From assembly GCF_001194135.2 (NCBI RefSeq), contig NC_068981.1, positions 16,236,716-16,300,566 on the forward strand: a DNA stretch of 63,851 nt. Reading direction: 5' to 3'. Below, in pieces: positions 14,707 through 25,977 of the stretch. The DNA is from Octopus bimaculoides (Eukaryota). The translations under genes were made by a program, and so were the position numbers. The notes under the pieces are model-generated. The model was not told the origin of the DNA. It did not search any database and saw only the letters and a program-made list of their open reading frames with translations. The stretch's first letter is position 1; each line of letters begins with the position of its first letter.

Positions 14707-15289
14707 GAATAAAAGACCGTCTAAAACTAGCTCTTAAATATTGTTAAATTCTTTAAACAAAAGATGGAGGTCCAATGTAGTCTTTAAGCCTGCTAGAAAT
14801 AGCAACAAATTCTCAGAAATTCTTTCTCTTCAAACTTTTAAGTGAAAACTTTACTGGCTACTGCAGTTCCGGTTGCATAAAAGCGACATGATAGTCATGG
14901 GCTGTCATAAATAAATCTGATCCTAAACAACGGACATATCTATATACATCCTATAACATTTCATGACACACGGACAAATTGTATTTTAGAAGTTAAAAAA
15001 TAGCAGAATAGTTCAGATCAATAGAACCAACCATTCCCAAATAGACAAAAAATGTTGTCTGTTGCCAAACAGTCAATACAAACTTCCTGTTCAAAACAAA
15101 ATCATTTCTCTCAGTCATTTCTTGTAAAGATATTATATGCATTTCAATACCTCAAAATAGACATTTTAAGGATTTCCATTCACCCTCCTCATTCCCTCTC
15201 TCCCTCGCTTGGTCTCTGTTTATTCATCCCCAATTGTGTTTAATCTGTCACGCGCCCACTTACAAAGCCGCGTCTAGTAGTATAATAGT

Positions 15290-15585
15290 GATAGAATAAA
15301 GAAGTTTGATTTCCAACCATATGTTTATGGGTTCAGTCCCAGAGCAAGAGTCTTCTTTTATAGCTCCGGGGACGACTGCAGCCTTGTGAGTGGGTTTACA
15401 GGGCGGAACCTGAAAGAAACCCGAAGCGCGTGCGTGTGTGCTTGTGATTGTCCCCTACCACTGCTTAACAACCGGTGTTGGTGCCTTTACGCCCCCGTAA
15501 TTTAACGGCTCGCTAAAAGTGACGATAGATTAAGTACAAGGCTGAAAATATAAGTAGTGGGCTCGATTCATTCAACTATAATTCT
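15290..15585 (+). mobile_element. SINE family A, diverged
   Basis: Partial similarity along its length. Confidence 0.7.
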
Positions 15586-15689
15586 TCAAAGCTGCAGTCT
15601 TGTGTGTATATATATAACATGTATATGTAATATGTATATGTGTATATGTATTCGCCTTGCTAGACTGCTGAAATCTGCAAGTTTTTTTT

Positions 15690-15850
15690 CGTTCTCTCTT
15701 TGTTTATTTTCTCTTATTCCTTTCTGCTGATGAGCGTAGGCTTGAAACGTAAAAGACTTTTTCATTTTCCCGAGCGCCAAACTATTACACTTGCTTGTTA
15801 CTCATACACCTGACTTCGTCTTTTGTTTTTCTATAAATTTCAACTACATA
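15690..15850 (+). mobile_element. Second HH-3 tail copy
   Basis: Aligns by eye with 14215-14370 (gagcgtaggct.gaaacgtaaaagacttt...cccgagcg...tacac.tg.ctt). Confidence 0.6.
15720..15755 (+). ncRNA. Minimal hammerhead-like motif with variant core, family HH-3
   Basis: CTTT-CTGCTGA-T-GAGC/GTAG/GCTT-GAAA-CG-TA^AAAG; stems I-III all present, A6 replaced by C. Confidence 0.6.
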
Positions 15851-15852
15851 TA

Positions 15853-17090
15853 CAGGGTACGTAAGGTATTTGAGGACATAGCTTTTTGGAGTCATTGTTG
15901 CACTTTGATAACTCTGTATACTCCTTGTTTCAGAAAAAAATAATAATGGCAGACCCTCAGCTTATTCAAGAAATGAAGAAGCATGTTACTATTGTGTTTA
16001 TAAAGGCTGAGAATAGAGATTTAGAAATATCTCGATTTTTAAATGCTGCTAAATCTTTCGTCTGCAAAGTTTGTAAGGAGCCAGATACTGAAGATGGAAA
16101 CGTATCAGCAGTATCAAAGCATTAAAAAAAAACATTCTAGATACTCTGAAATCATCAGAACACCTGAATTTATCCGGCAACTTCGACAGACCATTTATTA
16201 CAATCCTAGAAAGTCTATGAGGTCAATCGCCAAAGATTTTCATGTTTCAGAAAGAACCGTCAGAAATGTTGTCCACGAAGACATCAGATATGTCTTATAG
16301 GATGAGGAAAGGTCAATTTGTCAGAAAAACAAACGAAAATCACTACACCAGATCTAAAAGTCTCTTAAACAAACTGAAGAATCCAGCAGAAGATTTGATT
16401 TGGTTTTTTTCAAACGAGAAAAACTTCGACTAAGATCAAAAAGTTAACAGAAGAAATGACAGATGGTTATGTGCCGACCCTTCTGAAGTTCCAGGTATTA
16501 CGCATACAAAATTTCCTGCATCTGTCATGGTTTTAAGGGTTGTCAGCAAGGAAAGACATGTGATGTCTCCTTACTTCTTTCCACAAGGCCTTAGGATTAA
16601 CTACATTGAGGTCCTGGAAATAATTGTTAAACCCTGGATAGACTGTGTATGCAATAGAAGGCCGTATATGTTGCAGTAAGACTGTGCACAATCACACATA
16701 GCTCTAGTAACACAGGAATGGATGACTGAAAATTTTCATGATCACATAACCACTAACATTTGGCCTCCTAATTCCTCAGATCTCAATCCATTGGACTATT
16801 ACAAGCTGATTGTTGTTGAGAGAGAGCTCAATGAACACGCCCATAAGATTCTTTGAAAGCTGCCATAGTCAGAGTAATGTCCAAAATGACCTTGATTCGA
16901 GCATGTAGATGATTTAGATCACATATAGAAGCACTGGTTGAAGCTGAAGGTGGCTTTATTGAATAACATTATAGAAGAAAAGATTTATTTCTATCCTCAT
17001 AGCATATTTTGATAAATAAAATCATCTACTATTATTTATCTGGTTTTTTAATAAACATAAATCTGTCTTCAAATATCTTACGCACACAGT
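15853..17090 (+). mobile_element. Tc1/mariner DD37D (maT-like) transposon, pseudogenised transposase at about 15946-16966
   Basis: TIRs cagggtacgtaaggtatttgaggaca / tgtcttcaaatatcttacgcacacag, TA flank; motifs WFFSNEKNF, VMVL, Q*D-37aa-D, WPPNSSDLNPLDY; stops and frameshifts present. Confidence 0.9.
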
Positions 17091-18234
17091 CTATATATAT
17101 ACATANNNNNNNNNNNNNNNNNNNNNNNNNNNNNNNNNNNNNNNNNNNNNNNNNNNNNNNNNNNNNNNNNNNNNNNNNNNNNNNNNNNNNNNNNNNNNNN
17201 NNNNNNNNNNNNNNNNNNNNNNNNNNNNNNNNNNNNNNNNNNNNNNNNNNNNNNNNNNNNNNNNNNNNNNNNNNNNNNNNNNNNNNNNNNNNNNNNNNNN
17301 NNNNNNNNNNNNNNNNNNNNNNNNNNNNNNNNNNNNNNNNNNNNNNNNNNNNNNNNNNNNNNNNNNNNNNNNNNNNNNNNNNNNNNNNNNNNNNNNNNNN
17401 NNNNNNNNNNNNNNNNNNNNNNNNNNNNNNNNNNNNNNNNNNNNNNNNNNNNNNNNNNNNNNNNNNNNNNNNNNNNNNNNNNNNNNNNNNNNNNNNNNNN
17501 NNNNNNNNNNNNNNNNNNNNNNNNNNNNNNNNNNNNNNNNNNNNNNNNNNNTATATATATATATATATGAATGTATATAGGTATGTACATATAAATAATC
17601 TGAAGAGACATTTCATAATTTGCTTAATTACGTCACACATTACACCTATTCCAATGAAAATAATAGCCGAATTATGTTATATGTACCAGTTCAATTTTGT
17701 AGGTTTTTATGCCGTCAGAAATTCGAAGTATAAACTAGAAATCTTAATTCACACACATTGTTGGAATCCAGCCATAATTGTAATTAAAACAAGTGAAAGT
17801 TGACGTAATAAACCAATTCATTAATCAACCTTCCAGTTTAGTTGCTTTTTGTTTCCATTTGTGCTGTGATTTTTTTTAACTGTGGAACCACTGAACTATA
17901 ATACAAGAGTTTTCTTTGCAATTTTCTCAGACTGTTTCCTCTTTTTATTACAAATCTTTCCAATCAAGTTCCATTTATGCTTGAACAACTTCAATAATTT
18001 TCGTTTTCTTTTCCAAGACTATATATATACTGATGCAGACAAGCTATTTTCATTCATTTATGAAAACTTTGTTCTTACTGTATATTGTGCGTTGATTTCT
18101 TCTCAGAATTATTCCTCCATTTTAAACATTGGTTTCAAATGTAGATACAATGCCAGAAATGTATGGGGCAAGGATAATTCGATTAGATTGATCACAGTGT
18201 TCAACTGGTACTTATTTCATCTATTCCGAAACAG

Positions 18235-18555
18235 TTAACGATACAGTCGACCCCGGCGACATTTGAACCCAGTACGTAAATTTGGAAGAAATGACGCGAA
18301 ATATTTTTTCCGGCGCAGCAACGATCCTTATTTCTTTATTGCCCATAAGGGGATAAACATAGAAGGGACAAACAAGGACAGACAAAGGGATTCAGTTGAT
18401 TACATCGACCCAAGTGCGTAACTGGTACTTAATTTATCGACCCCGAAAGGATGAAAGGCAAAGTCGACCTCGGCGGAATTTGAACTTAGAACGTACCGGC
18501 AGGCAAAATACCGCTAAGCATTTCGCCCGGCGCACCAACGATTCTGCCAGCTTTT
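18235..18555 (-). mobile_element. SINE family B, composite of two copies
   Basis: Old partial copy abutting a full copy. Confidence 0.82.
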
Positions 18556-18934
18556 TGCCTTTGCTCCATCTCAAATATTACTGTCTACATTATCACACGC
18601 CACAGTAAAATATATCTCCTCCTCTCTTCCTTCTTATTATTGAAAAGTAATTCCTGTTTAGAACTATACAAGTCAATCAACATTTCGCCAATATGCAATA
18701 TCAGATAATAACTTTTCTCCGGACTTCAATTTCCAGGGGAAAATTTCATCTATAAATGCCCTATCTTAATTAGGAATCTTAGTTTGGTAGACTTTCAAAA
18801 CTTTGCAATAACTATTCTAACTTAAATACATACATACATACATACATACATATATCGGAATAGAAAATCAAACTACATCACCATTTTTTTTTTTTCATTA
18901 AAATACTTTGTTTTTATTGATTCAGTATTCTAAA

Positions 18935-19300
18935 CAGGAGCGGCTGTGTGGTAAAAAGCTTGCTTCCCAACCATATGGTTCCGGGTTCAGTCTCACTGCG
19001 GGGCACCTTAGGCAAGTGTCTTCAACTCGGGCCGACTAAAACCTTGTGACTGGATTTGGTAGGCGGAAACCGAAAGCCCGTCATATATATGTATATATGT
19101 GTGTGTGTGTGTGTGTGCAAAAATGTCTGTGCTTGTTCTCCACCATTGCTTGACAAACGATGTTAGTGTGTTTGCGTCCCCGTAAATTACCGGTTCGACA
19201 AAAGGGATCGATTGCATAAGTACCAGGCTTTAAAAAATAAGTCCTGGGATCGATTCTTTGACTAGCGTGACTGCAATCAAACGACAAAAAGAAAAGAAAA
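18935..19300 (+). mobile_element. SINE family A, about 45 nt from the exon 19347 donor
   Basis: Collinear with 58270-58672. Confidence 0.82.
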
Positions 19301-19346
19301 TAATTTATTCCTAGAAATGTTTCATAATATTAGTAAAAAGACTTAC

Positions 19347-19544
19347 CTGTTTGATGGCTTTCACAATTTTGTCCCCCAGCACCCACGACACCAAAGGGTA
19401 GGGTGTGCAGTGGACACTATTGGTATTATTCCACAGCCTACCCCTTCCACTAGCGCCTGAAAATACGTTCGAATCGTCGCGGTACATTATCTCCAAAGCG
19501 CTTAAAAGAGTACTAATGCTGTCGAATATCGCTACTTCATCATA
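19347..19544 (-). CDS. AMPA-type iGluR exon, 198 nt: YDEVAIFDSI...VHCTPYPLVSWVLGDKIVKAIKQ
   Basis: Acceptor gttcttcAG, donor GTAAGT; carries the second ATD Cys; similar to GluA '[22 protein letters not shown]'. Confidence 0.93.
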
Positions 19545-19599
19545 CTGAAGAACAACAAGAAAGCAAAATGTCATTACATCAATGTACGTATACATAGGC

Positions 19600-20220
19600 A
19601 TCACACGCACACACACATGAACACACATGCTGTTACACACACACACAAATATACAACACACATACACTCAGGCACACGCGCTCACACAGTCACTCACATA
19701 CTCTTACACACACAAACACACAAGCATACAACAACGCACATACACTCACACGCACGCACATTCACCTTAACGCACGCACACATACTGTTACACTCACACA
19801 TATATACTTACACACACACTCACACACATGCTGTTACACACACAAACACAAGCATACAACACACATACACGCAGATACACACACTCACCAAAACACGCAC
19901 ACACACACACACACATATACACACATACACTCGCACGCACACATACTCGCGCACATACGCAAACTCACTAACAAGCACACACACATATACTTGCACGCAC
20001 ACATACTCACACACACACGCACACACGCACAAACACACACACATACACTCACACACAAAATACACATGCATACACACACACTCACAAACACACACGCATA
20101 CACACACACGCATATACACTTACACACACATACACTAACACACCCACATTCACACACATACACATGTACTCACACATTCACACACACACACATGTACTCA
20201 CACATTCACACACACACACG
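19600..20220. repeat. About 620-bp cryptic (CA)-rich tract
   Basis: Interrupted CA repeats with internal duplications. Confidence 0.95.
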
Positions 20221-21295
20221 TCAAGAAAGAATTCTTAAACTAAAATTAATTATATTTTAAAATCTTTACAACGTGGATTACGCTAGTACGCGTTTTTGAA
20301 GAGCTGTACACAGCGAAAGTGTTTACACACAATTAGAAAATGTCCTTGCAATAGGTTCGCCTCACTTTTTAAACATTTCTTTGATATAAGTATCAATTCT
20401 TAATTTACGAAAGTTTTTTTTTTCTTTTACGAATATTGAAATTGTATCAAGAACATCTTTTTTAATATTGTACATGTACGTCTGTATTATATACACACAT
20501 ATATGCACATGCATAAATACTTATACGCATAAAATGTTGGTTAAGACGCAATGCATTGGAAAACAGATGAACGTACATTAATTACAACAGAAAAGGACTC
20601 TATGATTGGAATATATCATGGTTAATTGTGACATATTTGTATTTTTCAATAGTTTTTTTTGCAATATTTTCTCAGGAATGTTTCACAGATATATGTGTAA
20701 ATAAACAAACTGATTCAAAATCCTTTTAACACTAGCATAAACTGATGCGGTCATTTGAGCCTTGGAATAAATGTTTTCCTTCTCCCTCCCTCAATCCTTT
20801 CGTTACCCCTCTCACGTCCACACCACAACATTCACCACCTCCACACTACATAGATTCAAATCCAGCTGTCCCAGTTTTCCGGTAACTTACACAGCTAAAG
20901 GATTCCATGACGGATGGTTTATTGCCCTATCGCTACCACTCACGGATGCCCTGATGATCCCGGACAATTCACTGGATTATCGTTATATTGCTTCATTTTT
21001 AATGTTTTGGATATTTTCCCATCTTTTGATAATAGCACTTAAATAATACTTATAAAATGACATATATGTAACAAGAAGAATAGCTAGTTGCAAAATCTCA
21101 AAAGATCACAGTAGGAACTATGCTTGTTAAGTAAAGTCAATCGCCACATCAGAGTGGCTGTTCCATTTTACTACTAGTTAACCTCGAGGAGAGCTTACGC
21201 CAGCTGGGTATCGGTGCGAGGCTGCACCCTTTATATACAATATATATTGCTAGCAGGGGGGAGCGAACCCCTACCATCCTCTAGCAGACAACAGG

Positions 21296-21339
21296 ATCGC
21301 GCGACTGACTCAGTTTCGAGCTGGTTTACTCATCCTCAA
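21296..21339 (-). ncRNA. Damaged type I hammerhead motif, family HH-1 (sense to host gene)
   Basis: Minus strand reads TTGAGGA-T-GAGT/AAACCA/GCTC-GAAA-CTGAGTCAG-TC-GCGCG; C3 changed to U and the 5' strand of stem I is missing. Confidence 0.75.
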
Positions 21340-21584
21340 CTAGCTATTTTGCTTATTGCGAATCAGTGACCGATGGTCCCTTTGCTGGCGTTTTAAACAT
21401 TTCTTTGATGTAATTATCAATTCTTAATTCACGAAAGTTTATTTTACAAATATTGATATTGTATCAAGAATTCTTTGGCATATCTTTTTTAATATGTGTA
21501 CATGTGCGTGTGTATTACATACACACATATATGTCCATGCATACATATGCATATATATGACCGTGGCTCTAGCAACCAAGTGTA

Positions 21585-21631
21585 CGCGACTGAAGATGAG
21601 CCAACCTGCTTGAAACTGAGTCAGTCTCGCG
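21585..21631 (+). ncRNA. Type I hammerhead ribozyme motif, family HH-1, apparently intact
   Basis: CGCGA-CTGAAGA-T-GAGC/CAACCT/GCTT-GAAA-CTG/AGT/CAG-TC^TCGCG: 5-bp stem I, canonical core, GUC site after 21626. Confidence 0.88.
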
Positions 21632-22733
21632 ATCCTGTTGTCTGTTAGAGGACGCTAGGGGTTCACTCCTCCAGCTAGCAATATATATTGTATATGAAGG
21701 ATACAACATCGCACCTAAAACCAGCTGGCGGAATATCTGCCTAGGGTTAAACTAGTAGTAACACGGAACAGCCACTTTAACTTATATATATAAACACAGA
21801 TATTTGCAACAACGTAGCAAAAACTGAATTCTAAATATACAAAAATAGAATTGTTAAAATAGTACCAGATCAATCAATCAAGTACTGAAATGGATTCAAT
21901 CAACTACAATAGGATTCTGTGGTCTCTATGATAATCTTGTCTGGTCAACTTCTCTCAATCTCTGCAGTGATATTTGCATTAAGAAATATCGGCCTGTGGT
22001 TAAGGCTTCGAGAACATCCATATGTTAGTGAGGGAAAATTTGCTACCTGAACAACTGCTTGTCGTCTATACAATATTATCTTAGTCTATACACTGATAGA
22101 ACATTCCAGTGTTGTCTCACCATGTGCTGCCAAAATACCCTGAATCAAGACCGCTACTCTTTCCCCCGCCCACCCAACCATCCAGCTGCAAGCTAACTCT
22201 TGTGCATGACAGAGAGGTGATCCCAAATGATTGTCATTCTGAAAATGAGAAACCAGAATTATGCAGATGAATGACAGGGAAAAAGAATTTAGAATGAGGC
22301 CTGAAGGTGAACAATATGGGGAAAAGAGGAGAGACGAGTGAAGCAGATGGGGTTGAGTGGGTGTGGTATGAGACCAGCCAGCCTCGAAGAGCAATGTAAC
22401 GGTAGCGGTAGGAAAGACAATGTGGAGAAACTAGTTTTTCCGAGGTACCAAAACATACAGTTGTTTCCTACTGCACTAAAGTCTACATAGTCTTATTTCA
22501 CTGTGGATTTATGCAACTGACAGCTAACATTACTTACACTTGAAGGGCAAAAGCGAAACAGGTTCTGGTTTATCATATATCTGAATTATACTGTGGTATA
22601 TAAATCATAATAAATATTTATTGCGGTATTGAAACAGTGGTTTACCGCACAAGGAAGACACTTATTGGTTTAGCACGCTTTAGAACATATAAACGACCTT
22701 CCACACAATTCAGACATAAAGTGGTTTACTGCG

Positions 22734-23450
22734 CTATTGAAACATCTAATCGCTTACCACACTACTAAATATCATAAAATGTTTTATCGTGCATCATAAT
22801 TTGATTTTAAAAAATAAACATTTTACTTACTGACAGTTTTTGTCCTGCGCCAGACCAAAGGTCTGTATTTAACTGATTCCAATTGTGTTGTAACTGTTTT
22901 ATTGATGGACTATTTCGATTTACAATTTGGAATCCAGTAATGGTCACTCCTCCGTAGGTGAAGTTTCTCAAATCAAGTTCTGCAATGCTCTGTTTAAATA
23001 GAATGAAAGGTTTGATTTAGCTCTGTAATCTTTGCAATTAAAGTTGTTGTTTATAATTCAGATGTTTCGAGAATTCATGATCAAAGTCAATAACTCACTG
23101 ATCAAATTTTCAGTTCACATAATCTGCTTTTGATATTGAATCTGATATTTTGATACTACGGTGAACTTCATCAACTGTACAGTTACCAAAATAAACATGA
23201 TATCTATTTTCTTGAAAGTAAACAGAAATTTATTGTTTCTATGATTTGTGATTGGTTTCATGATGGATACGTTTTTTACCAATTATGGGTAAAGTTTGAT
23301 AATTTCAGTTCTTTTAAATCCAAGTTAATTAATATGTTCCACCGTTGTCCTTGGTGAAAGGCAGGAAATGAATACTCCCTATTGAAACATCCAGTCGCTT
23401 ACCACACTACTAAATATCATAAAATGTTTTATCGTGCATCATAATTTGAT
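22734..23450. repeat. 72-bp direct repeat (22734-22805 and 23379-23450) bracketing exon 22831-22989
   Basis: 2 mismatches; 56 nt perfectly identical. Confidence 0.9.
22831..22989 (-). CDS. AMPA-type iGluR exon, 159 nt: SIAELDLRNFTYGGVTITGFQIVN...WSGAGQKLS
   Basis: Acceptor ...taaacAG, donor GTAAGT; matches the 'GGANVSGFQIV' motif. Confidence 0.93.
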
Positions 23451-23895
23451 GAAGTTTTTGGGTTCGTGGGCCTTGTCAAAACGGTATGATGCTTTATTTG
23501 AACTAATCAAAGCAATATTGAGTTCATCACACTTCTGCCTTCATAATTCACTATGCTTTCAAAATAAACCACATATTAGGACAAGTCTAACATTTTGTGA
23601 GCAAGTATTACAATGATTTCACTGTATTTTATTAAGCTGTATATGATATCCATCAAGTTAATGCTAACCTTGTTTGTGATTTCAATCGGAACTAAATATA
23701 ACAATATCAAACACATTTTATTATACATATGCCAAAAATACATACAGACATAGTTTTATTCCTTTTCCTGGTTTCAGCCAGAGGCTGAGGCCATGTTAGA
23801 GAATCGCCAAGTCTAATAGTTCGTCTATATTGCTAAGTGCAATATTAGACGTGAAACGAAGAGTAACATTCTGACCGGTCATAACCAGCGACCAC

Positions 23896-23942
<47 letters not shown>

Positions 23943-23952
23943 NNNNNNNNNN

Positions 23953-24068
23953 TCCCTCCAGCCTTCTTCAGGTGTCTTGGGGAAATTTCGAACCTGGGTT
24001 CTCATTCCTAAGGTATTCTTCGATGTTGTTGTTATTATTATCCTTATTATTTTTTTTATCATTATTAA

Positions 24069-24110
<42 letters not shown>

Positions 24111-24470
24111 GATTATTATTATTATTATTATTATTATTATCATCATCATTATTGTTCAGGTCACTGCTTGGAATCGAACTCGNNNNNNNNNNATTATTAT
24201 TATTATTATTATTATTATGATTATTATTATTATTATTATTATTATTATCATCATCATTATTGTTCAGGTCACTGCTTGGAATCGAACTCGGAATTTTGGT
24301 GTTAGTAGCCCGCGCTCTTAACCACTACGCCTTAGGAATGAGAACCCAGGTTCGAAATTTCCCAAGACACCTGAAGAAAGCTGGAGGGTATATCAGCCGA
24401 AACGTTGTGTGTTAACAACAAACAAGATGAGGACAAATACCCGTCGAATGTAAATAATGTAAATAATATA
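23953..24470 (-). mobile_element. tRNA-headed, (AAT)n-containing element with a hammerhead tail (HH-2), plus an inverted tail copy
   Basis: Minus strand from 24331: ggcgtagtggttaagagcgcgggctactaac...gagttcgattcc (A/B boxes), then (AAT)n, then ccttaggaatgagaacccagg...cctgaagaaggctgg. The same tail lies on the plus strand at 24330-24470. Confidence 0.75.
24367..24410 (+). ncRNA. Minimal (Penelope-type) hammerhead motif, family HH-2
   Basis: ACAC-CTGAAGA-A-AGCTG/GAGGGTATAT/CAGCC-GAAA-CG-TT^GTGT with palindromic ACGT stem III. The inverted copy at 23953-23975 has GGCTG, so this copy has a G>A change in the stem II closing pair. Confidence 0.75.
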
Positions 24471-24594
24471 AATAACGAACTAGACAACTGTTAGAGATAT
24501 GTTGTACGTCATTAACGCTTGAAGTTGCAAGGGTCGTAAAATATCATTTGTACTATTTCTGAGTGTTAGGGTGTCAATCTAAGTGTTTGCCGTG

Positions 24595-24795
24595 TGCCCA
24601 TAACATGTACCGAGAGTGATAAAAATCAAACATCCAGTCAACATCATGGTGTTTGGAGTGATCACTAGTGATGGCGATGCTATGCCTCCTTTCATCTTCC
24701 CACAGAGCCTTAGACTCAAAATGGAGGCCTAAATCAAGGGCTTCGAGGATGCAGTGCCTGCCAGGATCAAGAGGGTGGCTGCTGGAAGACCCTAC
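24595..24795 (+). mobile_element. Internal fragment of a second maT-like transposase
   Basis: Translates as VPRVIKIKHPVNIMVFGVITSDGDAMPPFIFPQSLRL...AAGRPY. Confidence 0.8.
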
Positions 24796-25933
24796 TTTAC
24801 GCTAAAGAGTAAATGTATTCAATATAATCACGATTTGCTTGAACCACGGCTTCCAGACGACTTCGAAATCTCTTGTTAGTTATTTGCTTTTTGTTACTTA
24901 TTTCTCTTTTGTTCACCTAACTTCGAGTTGTTTAGACAATACTAGACAGACTTGGTGCCTCGAATTAAGTACCTAATTAAACTGAATCTTAATTAATTCT
25001 TATATATATATATATATATATATCTTTTTTTTTTAACATTTTTAGAAAGGTTCTTATTCTACATGAAACATTTCTACTTGAACTTTAGATAATAGTTTAA
25101 ATATGAAGTATCTCGATACAGTAATAGACAGTGTTTATTAACTGAAGAGATAAAGCTTCGACTTTCATTTCCCGGGTGTTTTTTGGTCATTAGATTAGTT
25201 TTTAGATTATCTAATTCATTTTCAAATCTTGATAGAAAAATGTGTTAAATTGGATTAGGGAAACTGTGTGGACATCAGAAAAAAGATTTTAATTTAGATT
25301 TCATTTCCAGTAAGTACAAACTTGAAATATTTTTAAAGGAATAAATAATTTAATGAGAAAAAGGCAATTTTTAATATAATAGAGAAACTTTTCAATGTAA
25401 AAAAAAAATGTTAAATAAATTCCAAAAGTGTAAAATCAATGTTGAATACCGGCTGCAGCTGGTCGAATTAGTAGTACGATACACTATCGGCAAAACATAG
25501 ACTATCCACCGCTGAATACCACGACTGTTGTTATCTTCTCAAAAACTGATCACCTACTTTTCTTTTAAGCGAGACGTAATTATATGGTAAGGGCAATGAT
25601 ATGCCATCTACAACATTCAAAATTACCAAAATTGTGGCGACACTCATACAAGTGTATCTAACACTATGTTTTCTACTTAAAATACATTAATTCTATGTTC
25701 TATGGTATGTGTATTGCATTTCGTGTAAAGTTTATAATGTGGTATGCATTGCCGAAGCAAAATTTGAAATGAGTAATAATTTTCATTAACACCTTCACGT
25801 GTTAATATACAACGGACGGAAGAATTGCAAGGTGGTCGTAAATAGAGTCACAAGAAAGAAGGCACAGTCTGTCCATTGTACACACTCATCGTTACTTGCC
25901 ACTTTTCGGGTCTTCTAGATACTAATACCTCTC

Positions 25934-25964
<31 letters not shown>

Positions 25965-25977
25965 TATTTTTTTTTCA

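Larger units (their letters stand above)
21075..21780. mobile_element. Inverted pair of HH-1 retrozyme/Penelope-like non-autonomous elements
   Basis: About 190-bp inverted arms (21155-21345 and 21590-21780), each with a hammerhead core; no ORF; homologous to 32066-32560. Confidence 0.75.

Noticed and set aside
16085-16107. CTGAAGA..GAAACGTA hammerhead-like words
   Set aside because: No stem II, and it lies within transposase coding sequence (TEDGNVS); coincidental.
24060-24290. Tandem duplication of (ATT)n plus tgttcaggtcactgcttggaatcgaactcg
   Set aside because: The identical copies sit on either side of a 10-N gap; most likely an unmerged contig overlap.
24268-24331. tRNA-like sequences here and at the SINE heads
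   Set aside because: No complete acceptor stem and embedded in repeats; treated as SINE heads, not tRNA genes.
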